Positions 10,066 through 19,711 of a DNA stretch of 64,000 nt are shown here, piece after piece. Source of the DNA: a virus (lineage: Duplodnaviria > Caudoviricetes); IMG/VR virus record IMGVR_UViG_3300031134_000001, positions 128,001 to 192,000 of that record, one strand, 5' to 3'. How positions within the stretch are numbered: position 1 is the first letter of the stretch; every line of letters begins with the position of its first letter. A program made the position numbers and the translations under genes. Under the pieces are notes generated by a model. That model made no database searches. It saw only the letters and a program-made list of their open reading frames with translations, and had not been told where the DNA came from.

Positions 10066-11181
10066 ATGAAGTTATCTGGACGACTACGTCAGCAAATGAC
10101 GAACCGCGCACGTGGTACGATCACGTTGAACGCGCCGAGTGTTGTGCAACTGCCTTACGGACGGGGCTTGATTAAAGTCGGCGGTCGGGGTGGTTCTGGT
10201 AACGCACCGACTGGCGGTAGTGTGGCGAACTACAACAGTCCGACCCCAGGCACAGTTGCTAACTACAATCCTCCGACTGGCGGCACGTACGCTGGAACCA
10301 ATCCCACGGTAGCGGGTAATATCGCTGGTTACAATCCCACCAACGGCGGTAACGTAGCAGGTTACAACCCTACGACGCCGGGCAATGTGTCTGGCTACAA
10401 TGCAGGTTCGCCCGGCAACGTTGCGAACTACAATGCTCCGTCAGGTGGTAATTTGGCGGGATACAATGCACCGACGCCAGGCACGGCATATACCAATCCA
10501 GACATCACAACGCCAGGCAACACCAATCAACCAACGTATTCGCCGGGATATACCAATCCACCGAGCGACCAAGAAACACATGTGCCAACTCGCAACGGAT
10601 GTCCTGCCGGCTGGACATATGGCGGGTTAAACGATGGTTATAATTCCGGCACACAGTACCATGTCTGTTTCTTATCGCAGCCTGGCAACACCAATCCCGG
10701 CACGTACACACCAGGTTATACCAACCCGTCGAACATCACGTGGGGTAATCCTGCGACAAATGCCCCAGTGCCTGGAAACGCGTATTACAATCCGGTCTCG
10801 CCGGGCAATGCGAACTACAATTCACCAGTGCCTGGAAATGCCAATTACTACAGCCCAACATCGGGTACGGCAAACTACAACCCCACGTCGGGTGGCAATG
10901 CGATTTACAATCCTTCCACGGGCGGTAACGCACGCTACAATCCCACGGTAGCAGGCACAGCCAACTACAACCCTCCAGCTCCCGGTAACGCGAACTACAA
11001 TTCGACCGTTCCCGGTAATGCGGGAACGCCTGCGGTTATTGGTGGTGTCGCGTTCCCAGGCGGTGCTGCGGGTTCTGTGGCGTCGTTCGTCTCGCCCGCT
11101 CCATCGAACATTTCGTACAACAAGAGTGGTGTGCCTATTAACGTGCCTCCGGGTGGTTATGTGGTCATTACCACGATTTAA
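10066..11181 (+). CDS. Gly/Asn/Pro repeat tail-associated protein (371 aa)
   Basis: Glycine-rich domain halves (GGRGGSG ... FPGGAAG ... GGYVVI) flank eight 11-mers, a Cys-Cys segment and eight 10-mers. Confidence 0.75.
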   Translation: MKLSGRLRQQMTNRARGTITLNAPSVVQLPYGRGLIKVGGRGGSGNAPTGGSVANYNSPTPGTVANYNPPTGGTYAGTNPTVAGNIAGYNPTNGGNVAGYNPTTPGNVSGYNAGSPGNVANYNAPSGGNLAGYNAPTPGTAYTNPDITTPGNTNQPTYSPGYTNPPSDQETHVPTRNGCPAGWTYGGLNDGYNSGTQYHVCFLSQPGNTNPGTYTPGYTNPSNITWGNPATNAPVPGNAYYNPVSPGNANYNSPVPGNANYYSPTSGTANYNPTSGGNAIYNPSTGGNARYNPTVAGTANYNPPAPGNANYNSTVPGNAGTPAVIGGVAFPGGAAGSVASFVSPAPSNISYNKSGVPINVPPGGYVVITTI

Positions 11182-11193
11182 AAAGGCTTTACC

Positions 11194-12126
11194 ATGCAAC
11201 TTGCAAAATGGTATCTCGTTTGCGATCGAGTGAATAAACGCGCGATCGATCTGATCGTGCTGCCAGACATCTGGGGACAAGCCACGGGTCTGCGTAACCA
11301 AAGCGATGAAGACTTGGAGTTCTTCTGGCAATGGTCCCCGCACACTGAAACCAACTTCTTAACCGTGGACCGCGCACTGGAACTCGATTACGACATCGAA
11401 TCGATTACCAACGTCCTTGACATGAATAAGCCAGCCGTCTTGGAATGGGTACGCTCCATGCGTGATCCAGTTCTGGCAGCCACCGACAGCATCATCGTGT
11501 CAGATCGCTGGAATAGCTTGGATGTGGTTGCGCAAAACGACGCTACGGTGTTTCGTAATGCACTGCGTGACTTAACTACGCAGCAAGATCTATTCCGCCT
11601 GAAGTGGCCTAGCATTCCGCCTGTGCTCAATTTCCTGCGCAAGATGGATGTCAGTGCGATCACACAGCCAAGTGAAGAATTCTTGGCGATGTTTAGTGAG
11701 CCGTATCCAGCGCTGTCGTTAGCGGCTCGCCGGAGCAACATGTGGTTGCGCATCAAAGCAGAGCGCGACCGCCGCATTAATGGTGGTATCAAGATCATGG
11801 TTGACGGTAAGGCGTACTGGTTCTGGACTGACGATCCGTCCTGCAAACAGTACGCGCTGCTTGACGGTCACACCACACGTAACAACATGGCGTTAACCCA
11901 GGTCATCAACAACTGGAAAACCATGTCTGGAGAATTCGTCCCAATGACCGTGGCTATTTTGCGCGAAGTCATCGGGGCGGGTATCAGCAACGAAGGCGCT
12001 ATCTTCGACGTTGCTGAAGACCACAATAAAGCGATGGCGGCATTGGAAGAACCTGAAAGTTACGACTTCAGTCAAGGCTGGCCAGCATCGTTCGAAGAGT
12101 ATCAAGCTGCGATGGGGTTAATGTAG
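11194..12126 (+). CDS. tail fibre assembly chaperone (Tail_APC-like + DUF4376-like domains)
   Basis: VRSMRDPVLAATD...FRNALRDL...KWP, then IKAERDRRINGG...WKTMSGEFVPMT. Follows the fibre genes. Confidence 0.75.
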   Translation: MQLAKWYLVCDRVNKRAIDLIVLPDIWGQATGLRNQSDEDLEFFWQWSPHTETNFLTVDRALELDYDIESITNVLDMNKPAVLEWVRSMRDPVLAATDSIIVSDRWNSLDVVAQNDATVFRNALRDLTTQQDLFRLKWPSIPPVLNFLRKMDVSAITQPSEEFLAMFSEPYPALSLAARRSNMWLRIKAERDRRINGGIKIMVDGKAYWFWTDDPSCKQYALLDGHTTRNNMALTQVINNWKTMSGEFVPMTVAILREVIGAGISNEGAIFDVAEDHNKAMAALEEPESYDFSQGWPASFEEYQAAMGLM

Positions 12127-12160
12127 CGCGATACAATTTACCTTTAGAAAGGATCAGTAA

Positions 12161-12622
12161 GTGCAAGTTTTCTTCTACAAAGGTACCCGGCCCGGTTTGG
12201 CAGGTATCTATAGCTGGGGTGTGCGTAAAGTGACGCAGTCGCCTTACTCGCATTGTGAAATTCTGTTTAGTGACGGCATGTCTGCATCGGCGTCGTTTAC
12301 CGATCATGGTGTGCGTTTCAAAAAGATCGACTATGAACCAGAACACTGGGACGTGATCGATCTGCCATCGGAACTGTTCGAAGCACGAGCACGTCAATGG
12401 TTCATCGAACACAACGGCGATCCGTACGATCTCCTGGGCAACGTGTACTTCCTGTTTAGCTTGATCGGCGGTGATAAAGACAAGTGGTTCTGCTCGGAAG
12501 CACTGGGCGCAGCCCTGGGTCTGCCAGAGCCATGGCGGTTCGATCCAGGCACGTTGTACGAAGCTGTGAAGTGGTTGTCCGAATCACTCAAAGCCCAACA
12601 AGCTTTGCAAGTGGCTGCATAG
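12161..12622 (+). CDS. permuted papain-like NlpC/P60 (YiiX/YebB-type) amidase
   Basis: His motif YSHCE precedes YD and the Cys motif KWFCSE. GTG start with SD aaagga. Confidence 0.7.
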   Translation: MQVFFYKGTRPGLAGIYSWGVRKVTQSPYSHCEILFSDGMSASASFTDHGVRFKKIDYEPEHWDVIDLPSELFEARARQWFIEHNGDPYDLLGNVYFLFSLIGGDKDKWFCSEALGAALGLPEPWRFDPGTLYEAVKWLSESLKAQQALQVAA

Positions 12623-12631
12623 ACGGCATAG

Positions 12632-12660
12632 ACGTGGAGGGTCACCCCCTCCACGTTTTA
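12632..12660 (+). terminator. Rho-independent terminator
   Basis: acgtggaggg-tcacc-ccctccacgt followed by ttt. Confidence 0.8.
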
Positions 12661-12729
12661 TGCTTTCAAATCGAAAAAGTCGTTGTTATCGTATGTCTAT
12701 CAGTAATTTTTAATTTTACGAGGGTCATC

Positions 12730-13257
12730 ATGGATGATGAAATCAACGTACTACGCGACCCGGAGGAAGAGCTTATTGAGTTGATCAATAAGGACAACAT
12801 CACTCCCAAAGGCAGTATCAACTTAACGCTTGACGACGTTGAGTTATCTGACCCGGTCTCTGTTTCGTATGGCGGACGGAACACGCGCGTGACGGTTAAG
12901 GCCAAGCCGTCGTCAAAGTACACCGGCACCAAGGACGTGTTTTACAACCGGCTCGCACTTAGCGACTTGGGTTACATTGGCATCATTTCAGACGAACCGA
13001 TCTCTGCCCAGATGATCCTTGAAATGATTACCAGCAAAAAAGGCATCTCGATGCTGGCCGACGATTTCGAGCCAATCATCATTCCTTACCTGGAAGCTGG
13101 TGAAGCGCTCAAGATCAATCTGATTGCCAAGCCCACGGCGATCAAGTGGTATGGCCAAACCCAAGCAGACTACGCATTCGGCATTCCAGCCGGTCTGGGA
13201 TTACTGCACGAACTGATCCACAATACGTTGCCTACCCAAGGCTACTTAACACAGTAG
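12730..13257 (+). CDS. virion/baseplate-associated protein, paralogue 3 (175 aa)
   Basis: ATG 12730 after gaggg. Motif RNTRVTVKAKPSSKYTGTKDVFYNRLAL. Confidence 0.75.
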   Translation: MDDEINVLRDPEEELIELINKDNITPKGSINLTLDDVELSDPVSVSYGGRNTRVTVKAKPSSKYTGTKDVFYNRLALSDLGYIGIISDEPISAQMILEMITSKKGISMLADDFEPIIIPYLEAGEALKINLIAKPTAIKWYGQTQADYAFGIPAGLGLLHELIHNTLPTQGYLTQ

Positions 13258-13266
13258 GAGATACAC

Positions 13267-13773
13267 ATGTCTTTCAATGATTCAGTCGTCCAAGGCATTG
13301 CCGACTTCGACTTACTGCACCGCATCATGCACGGTCCAGCCAACGAAACCGTGGGAACGTCGGGTGGTCAAGTTCCTACCATCGCTAACGTGATTGCCGG
13401 TTTGTTCAGCCGGGTCATGGCTTCGATGAGCGCTGTCAGCACGACGGCGCTGAACTTGGATATGGAAGGTAACAAATCCTTCACCGTCCCCCAAGGCAAA
13501 GCGTTCCAGCCAGGTAACTGCGTTGTCGCTTATGCCGGCAATGAAAAATTCATCGCTGGTATCGTGCTCAGCTATACCGGCACCATGCTGACAATCAAAC
13601 CTACGCTTGTGAACGGCGAAGGTTCGTCCAATAACTGGACCATCGGCTTTTCTGGCCCTGTGGGTCCACGCGGCGCGGCAGGCCTGCCTGGTAAAGACGG
13701 CAAGGATGCCACCAGCACCGGCACCGGCGGCTCGGTAGAAAAGCTGATCAGCAAACTGCCTTGGGAAGTCTGA
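13267..13773 (+). CDS. tail fibre-associated protein with short collagen-like repeat (168 aa)
   Basis: SD aggag. GPVGPRGAAGLPGKDGKD. The N-terminus resembles the start of the 6635 fibre (T..G.VP..A). Confidence 0.7.
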   Translation: MSFNDSVVQGIADFDLLHRIMHGPANETVGTSGGQVPTIANVIAGLFSRVMASMSAVSTTALNLDMEGNKSFTVPQGKAFQPGNCVVAYAGNEKFIAGIVLSYTGTMLTIKPTLVNGEGSSNNWTIGFSGPVGPRGAAGLPGKDGKDATSTGTGGSVEKLISKLPWEV

Positions 13774-13815
13774 CCACTTTCCTCATCACCAATTACAATT
13801 ACTGAGGTATTTTTC

Positions 13816-15570
13816 ATGGCAACCAATCGCGTTATTGTCAAGGAAAGCGACAACGGCGGCATCTTCCCTCTGCGTGGGGATATGGATGTGCTGGTCAATT
13901 TCCGACCGACTGAAAGCTTTGGCATTCGTTTTGTGACGTATACCGATGCTGACTTCGTCATCAACTTCCAGGTGTGCAAAATCCGCCTGCCTGACCAGAC
14001 GCTGGCTGACTCGATGAGTGTCGGCGGTAAAGCATCGCTCTTCGTCGAACTCAAGTTCAACGCCAAATACGACACGTGGGACATCGTCGGCCACAACCTG
14101 TTCGCAGCAACTGCCGGTTCTGGCGGTGGTGGCGGTAGCGGTGGTACTGTTGGCGGTGGTGGTGCACCAGACGTCACCACTGGTAATCGTCCAGAAGTGC
14201 TGCTGCTGCCTGACGCTAACGGTGTGTTGACACCAGACGGCAGCATCTCGAACCGTTTCCGTTTCCAGATGACACGCAACATCACGCTGGCCAATCCGGT
14301 GAACTTCTTCAACAACGAACACATCTACCTGACCGGCTACCAAGACGAAGGCGGTGGTAAGAAGATTTCGTTTGGTCGTGCACTGATGCTGCCAGGCCAG
14401 ATGCCGTTCGTACCACCGCTGAACCCGAATGCGGCTTTCTTGATGGAACTGCGTCCAACGCAACACATCAAGACCGGCGCACTGAACTGGGCACTCTGGG
14501 GCTATCCAGACAAAGCCATGGCCAACGGTCTGGGCTTGGTGACAGAGCTGACCATGTTCGGCGACAAGAAATACTACACCATGGCGCAAACGTTCGCAGA
14601 CGCCAAAGGTGGCGGCACAATCAAGATCCTGCGTAACGGCCTGTCGGCTGAAGTCACGGCAACGTTGGAATGCCAAGCAGGCAACACCTACACCGTGGCT
14701 GGTATGCCGATCATCACCAACTCCGAAGACAAGCGTCCGACGCTGGAACTGTTGGGTGTGGACTTTGGTAGTGGCGGTGCGAATCGTCCGGCCTGGGGTA
14801 AAGCGCTGCTGAACTTCGAAGGCTCGGGCAAAGTTTACGTACGTGACCTGATCATCCAAGGCACGCGCGCTGAAGACGGCTCCGGTCGTGGTATCTGCCC
14901 GAACGGCACTGTAGAGATCCACGTGAATAACGTGCGCCTCTACAACAACAACAACGGCATGATGTGGGGTCATATGGCCTCGACCATCTACGTTACCGAT
15001 TCTCAGTTCGACTTTAACGGTATCGGTACCGAAGGTCGTGAAGACGGTTACACGCACAACCTGTACGCTGGTCACAGCGATGGTGTGGTTGCTTTGCGCT
15101 GCTCGTTCACCCGCTCGCAAAAGGGTCACGACTTCAAGAGCCGCGCTGCCTACAGCGAACTCAAGCAATGCTTCCTGAGCGGCGCCAACGAAGGTCGTGA
15201 ACTGGAACTGCCAAACGGTGGTCGTCTGCTGGCTGAACACTGCGTCTTCGAGAAGGTCGGCGGTAAAGATGGTCAGAACGACTTGTGCGTGTTTGGTCAA
15301 GAAGGTATTGAGAAGGATCGTCCGCGTGAGTACATCATGCGCAACTGCCGCTTCATCAACCAACGCGGCGCTGGTACGACTTCGACCTTCGTGCACAACA
15401 TGGACGCGGAAGTTCCTTGCCGGATCATCGATCCTGAGTTCGTCGGCGACTGGACTCTGGCGCGCCCTGACAAAGGCTTGATCAACTGCATCGTGGAATA
15501 CACGGGCGGTCCGCTCGGCCCACAACTGCCAGTTGGTCACCCATTCGTCGAGATGACCCCACCGGTTTAA
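13816..15570 (+). CDS. tailspike-like protein with right-handed parallel beta-helix (584 aa)
   Basis: Beta-helix family motifs GYTHNLY, GHDFKSRA and ELELPNGG. N-terminal module shared with 15622 and 57756. Confidence 0.75.
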   Translation: MATNRVIVKESDNGGIFPLRGDMDVLVNFRPTESFGIRFVTYTDADFVINFQVCKIRLPDQTLADSMSVGGKASLFVELKFNAKYDTWDIVGHNLFAATAGSGGGGGSGGTVGGGGAPDVTTGNRPEVLLLPDANGVLTPDGSISNRFRFQMTRNITLANPVNFFNNEHIYLTGYQDEGGGKKISFGRALMLPGQMPFVPPLNPNAAFLMELRPTQHIKTGALNWALWGYPDKAMANGLGLVTELTMFGDKKYYTMAQTFADAKGGGTIKILRNGLSAEVTATLECQAGNTYTVAGMPIITNSEDKRPTLELLGVDFGSGGANRPAWGKALLNFEGSGKVYVRDLIIQGTRAEDGSGRGICPNGTVEIHVNNVRLYNNNNGMMWGHMASTIYVTDSQFDFNGIGTEGREDGYTHNLYAGHSDGVVALRCSFTRSQKGHDFKSRAAYSELKQCFLSGANEGRELELPNGGRLLAEHCVFEKVGGKDGQNDLCVFGQEGIEKDRPREYIMRNCRFINQRGAGTTSTFVHNMDAEVPCRIIDPEFVGDWTLARPDKGLINCIVEYTGGPLGPQLPVGHPFVEMTPPV

Positions 15571-15621
15571 TCCCAACATACACCGATGCCGGTTATCCGG
15601 CATCGCTTACGTGGAGTAATT

Positions 15622-17019
15622 ATGGCACTGAATAATCTGCAAATTACCACTGAACACAATCGTGCGCAGATCGATTTGCATGGCGACATGGACGTAACGT
15701 TGGGCGTGGGTTTGCCTGCATCGTTCAACGTCCTTTTCTTTACAACCACCAGTGAGAAGTTCGCGATCAAAACGATCGAAACCATCATCGGTCTGGATGG
15801 TAAAGCTACCCAGCTGTTGAACTTTGGCGGTTCGCCCGGCCTGTCCATCAAGCTGGCTTACAACGCCACTGATAAGAAGTGGATGGTGGTTGACAACAAC
15901 ATCATGCGTAGCAGCGGTGTGAGTGAACACCTGATCGGCGAATACGAGTGGGAAAAGGAAGCGCTCCCAACCATTCGTGTGGCGGCCATCCCAGGTAGCG
16001 TCACCGCCGCTGGCAACGTGACGATCACGGCAACGGTCTCATCGCCTTATACGGTGGACTATGTCGAGTTCTACCGTAACGATGTCAAGGTCGCTACTGA
16101 CCGCGCAGCGCCGTACTCGTTCGTTGATCCGGTCACGATCGCCAACAACGGTAGTATTTCGTATCACGCTAAGCTGTTCGATACGCGCAACAACATCATT
16201 TCCAGCGAACCCGTAACGGTGGTGGTTAATATCGCTCCGCCTGTGGTGGAACCTGAACCAACACCAGATTCGACGCCACCGTCGGTCAACATGTCGGTCG
16301 ATACAACCAGCTTCACAGCACCTGGCATCTTAACGTTGACGGCGCAAGCCAACGACGATGTGGGCGTAACCAAAGTTGAGTTCCTGCGCAATGGCGTGGT
16401 GTTCGCGGTCAAGACGGTTGCACCTTACAGCACCACGCAAGGCATCACCGATGCGGACAACGGCACGATTGTCTACGCCGCGCGCGCACACGACTCGCGT
16501 AACTCGACGACGACGCCTTCGGTAAATGTGAGTGTGCAGATTTCCAAGCCATCGGAAGTCACGCAGTTAACCGTCGACACAAGTATCACCAGTTCCACGG
16601 AAGGTTCTATCGCCATCGCTGACAGCGGTACGAGCGCAACCGGTAAACGACTGGCTGCGGCGCAGGCGATCATCGATCAGATGTCGCCATCGCACACGCT
16701 GAACATCTACCGTGATGGTTTGACCATCTTCAGCGCCAAGTTCGCCGGACCCATGACCATCTACAACGATGGCAAGGATATCGGCGTTGGACTGAACGAT
16801 GTGGTCTCGGGCGTAGCTACTCGCTCGGCGGACATCAACACCGGTAAGTGGGCGTTCCAGCTGGTGGGTGGTGCTTCGGGTCAGCGTTTGATTGCAGGTA
16901 CCGTGGGTCCAACCGGATCGGGCGCTGACATCATTCTGCAAGACTCGCCGTTCCAAGGCCAGCAGTTCGACGCTATCGTCATCTTCATCCTCGATCGTTC
17001 GATCGACGGTTTGTCTTAA
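15622..17019 (+). CDS. tail-associated protein with two bacterial Ig-like (Big) domains
   Basis: SD ggag at 15613. Two repeats of type V..VEF..N......APY......D......S..V. Confidence 0.75.
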   Translation: MALNNLQITTEHNRAQIDLHGDMDVTLGVGLPASFNVLFFTTTSEKFAIKTIETIIGLDGKATQLLNFGGSPGLSIKLAYNATDKKWMVVDNNIMRSSGVSEHLIGEYEWEKEALPTIRVAAIPGSVTAAGNVTITATVSSPYTVDYVEFYRNDVKVATDRAAPYSFVDPVTIANNGSISYHAKLFDTRNNIISSEPVTVVVNIAPPVVEPEPTPDSTPPSVNMSVDTTSFTAPGILTLTAQANDDVGVTKVEFLRNGVVFAVKTVAPYSTTQGITDADNGTIVYAARAHDSRNSTTTPSVNVSVQISKPSEVTQLTVDTSITSSTEGSIAIADSGTSATGKRLAAAQAIIDQMSPSHTLNIYRDGLTIFSAKFAGPMTIYNDGKDIGVGLNDVVSGVATRSADINTGKWAFQLVGGASGQRLIAGTVGPTGSGADIILQDSPFQGQQFDAIVIFILDRSIDGLS

Positions 17020-17034
17020 TTTTCGAGGTATTTC

Positions 17035-19650
17035 ATGCTTACATGTGATCGTGTGTTAGCCAATGCAGTGCGTAAGCTCGGCGATAAACAAAGCCAAATG
17101 AGCTACATCGCCAATGCATTGGGTCCTAACCGTGTGGTACGAGCGTGGCACGACGCCAGCGGTACTGCGAAGTACCCAGCATTAACCGGCACCGAAATCA
17201 TCAGCCTGCAAATGGATGGTAATTTGAGTCTGGCCGGCGGCTCCATCACGGGCTTGGGCTTTACCAACAAAGTCAACAAGTTCCTGCCGAACATCAACCT
17301 GGCTACTGGCCAGGCAGTCATGCGTATCGAAGGTAACGGCCACTATATCCAAGGTACACTGGGTCTGCTTGGCAACTTCGACTTCTCGCTGTCGGCCAAC
17401 CCAGATCCACTGCGCGGCCTGGCGTTCTCCAATGCATCGCGCATGAACGCGCCGGTGTTTGTGCCGTCGGGTACCGGCCCTAAAGCCCCCGATAAAGTGC
17501 GCACATCGCCGCACCGCATCAAACTGTACGACTGGAGCGATCCACGTTCGCCAGTGCTGGTCAAATCGATTCCCTTCGACAACCGTCAACCTGACTGGGT
17601 GTACGAAGATGCTGAGATGGCCCGCAGTACAGGTGACGCGGCTGTGTGGCAGACCGAGAATGCGTTCTGGGATAACTTCAGTCTGGGCGCTACGCTCGTG
17701 ATTGCGGACCCAAGCTGCACCGAAGTCGGCAACGTTCCGCTGTACCAGATCATGGTCGGCTGGAAGTACGAAGCGTCGTGGAGCACCTACCCACGCAGCA
17801 ACACGCAGATGCGCGAAACCGTGGTGATGAACCCACCACCGTACAAGATCGTGGTTGAAGACCAGAACGGCACTACGATGTACGTCTGGGAAATGCACGA
17901 TGGTTCGCCAATCAACGACTTCCGTCTGTATTCGGGTAACAGTCACCGTGGTGGTCGCTCCGCTACCGCAGCGCTGCAACCGCAGTTCAACACGATGATG
18001 ATGCTGTTCTGGCAGAACACCCGCCCGCGCCGCACCGACTTCATCGAGAAGCTGTACCCTGGTTCGCTGAACTTCCGCCAGACGATGTCCAAGAGCTACC
18101 TGAGTATGATCAGCGTTGAACCGCTGCTCACCGGTGGCTACGGCGGTAACTCGGCCAACGGCCTGGCACACATGTACTACTCGACCAAATGGCCGAACGT
18201 GTATGGTCCACAACCGATTACCGACCCGTACATCAGCGCTGGTGCCAACAACGTGTACAGTGCGCTGTACAACGCGTGGGCGCAGGGTTACGGCTACGAG
18301 CCCGGTGCATTTGGTAACCACAACTGGTATACCTCGCCAGGTGGTCCACGCGGTGACCGCTGCGTCATCCCAACGTTCCTGGCCATGTACCTGACGGACC
18401 CAAGTGGTTACCGTCTGCAAGGCAATGTGCCGCACCGTGAGCTGGTTGATGAATGGTTCAAGAACTCCTGGAACCACAGTAACCACCACCTGACGAACGC
18501 GGCCACTTTGGCCACGATCCCGCTCGATGAAGTCATTGGCGATGAATGGGTGCTGGACGCAGCGTACTACGGCGTCTACCCACGTGACAAATCGATCCTG
18601 ATGTGCGGCGACCAACGTGAAGGTACGTCCCAGCGTCACTACGACCTCGAAGGTAACATGTACATCTCGGGTTGGGCCCGCGATCCACTGCACGACTACC
18701 ACAGCCGTGGTTGGGCGTCGATGGCGTTTTGCAGCCCAGCGCATGGTATCGGTAGTAAGTTCGATACCTTGACCTCGATGATGTTGCACCAGAACCCGTA
18801 CAAAGATCCGACCGATTATTACATGGTGCGGACAATGGCATGGCACTGGATGCACCTCGTGATCGCATGGAAGAATGCTAGTCAGCATCCGACCCTGGGT
18901 ATCCCACGCATCAAGATCGAGAACCACTTCGCCAAGATGCTCGAAGCGTACTACAACACATTCTACAAGCGTGTGTTCATCGACATGGACCAAGACCCAA
19001 CCGCAGTCATCATGCGTAATCTGGGTATCAGCGTTGACTGGTCGAATGGTCGTTGGGGTGACAAAGGCGGTCGTCTGGGCTTCTACATGGCTCACGTGCT
19101 CCAGCTGATGAAACAGACCGGTATGTGGCACGCCATGATTCGTCGTGGTACAGTGTATGAGACCGTCCTGAAAAATCTCATCGAGAACATGGACCGGTAC
19201 TGCTTCGGCATGATCACCGACGGTCGCGGCGCTGCAACTGGCTACCAAGCTATCGGCGGCAACAACTACGACGTCTCCACCATCCCTAGCGACTGGGCTG
19301 ACTGGTACGAACGCAACAAGAACGAGCCTTGGGCTGGTGACTTCGTGCACCGCGCTGAATGGCTCAACGGTCAGAACCGCTATGGCCCAATCGAGTACAA
19401 CCCGAATGAAGACGTCGGTAACTCGAACATGGTGTCCTACGCCCGTATCCGCCGTGACTACTTCCCTGAGATCCCACATCCGAAGCTGCAAGCGGCTAAC
19501 GATGAGTTCGATCGCTACGAAGCCATTGTCGCAGCGAAGGTGGCAGCGGAACCGGTCGATCGTAACAAGTACGATCTCGACTACAAGTACCGTTGCCAAG
19601 GCTTGTCGCCGTTCAAGGGACCGAAACCAGGCAATCTCGTTTTAGCGTAA
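17035..19650 (+). CDS. large tail-associated protein of unknown function, possibly glycan-processing (871 aa)
   Basis: SD gaggt. Trp/Tyr/His-rich C-terminal region. Lies in the fibre/spike operon. Confidence 0.6.
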   Translation: MLTCDRVLANAVRKLGDKQSQMSYIANALGPNRVVRAWHDASGTAKYPALTGTEIISLQMDGNLSLAGGSITGLGFTNKVNKFLPNINLATGQAVMRIEGNGHYIQGTLGLLGNFDFSLSANPDPLRGLAFSNASRMNAPVFVPSGTGPKAPDKVRTSPHRIKLYDWSDPRSPVLVKSIPFDNRQPDWVYEDAEMARSTGDAAVWQTENAFWDNFSLGATLVIADPSCTEVGNVPLYQIMVGWKYEASWSTYPRSNTQMRETVVMNPPPYKIVVEDQNGTTMYVWEMHDGSPINDFRLYSGNSHRGGRSATAALQPQFNTMMMLFWQNTRPRRTDFIEKLYPGSLNFRQTMSKSYLSMISVEPLLTGGYGGNSANGLAHMYYSTKWPNVYGPQPITDPYISAGANNVYSALYNAWAQGYGYEPGAFGNHNWYTSPGGPRGDRCVIPTFLAMYLTDPSGYRLQGNVPHRELVDEWFKNSWNHSNHHLTNAATLATIPLDEVIGDEWVLDAAYYGVYPRDKSILMCGDQREGTSQRHYDLEGNMYISGWARDPLHDYHSRGWASMAFCSPAHGIGSKFDTLTSMMLHQNPYKDPTDYYMVRTMAWHWMHLVIAWKNASQHPTLGIPRIKIENHFAKMLEAYYNTFYKRVFIDMDQDPTAVIMRNLGISVDWSNGRWGDKGGRLGFYMAHVLQLMKQTGMWHAMIRRGTVYETVLKNLIENMDRYCFGMITDGRGAATGYQAIGGNNYDVSTIPSDWADWYERNKNEPWAGDFVHRAEWLNGQNRYGPIEYNPNEDVGNSNMVSYARIRRDYFPEIPHPKLQAANDEFDRYEAIVAAKVAAEPVDRNKYDLDYKYRCQGLSPFKGPKPGNLVLA

Positions 19651-19657
19651 CAACACT

Positions 19658-19687
19658 AGCAGGTGGGCTTCGGCTCGCCTGCTTTTT
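19658..19687 (+). terminator. Rho-independent terminator
   Basis: agcaggtgggc-ttcg-gctcgcctgct followed by tttt. Confidence 0.85.
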
Positions 19688-19711
19688 CTCTGTAATTAAA
19701 AAGAGGTCAAA

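Noticed and set aside
10216-11013. Repeat tract as a CRISPR array or ice-nucleation protein
   Set aside because: Repeats are conserved only at the amino-acid level with no spacers, and the 10/11-mer period does not match the 16-mer AGYGST ice-nucleation repeat.
6070-12729. ORF-track upstream extensions (GTG 6070, GTG 12484)
   Set aside because: They run through terminator hairpins or overlap the previous gene. Downstream ATGs (6121, 12730) have SDs and align with paralogues.
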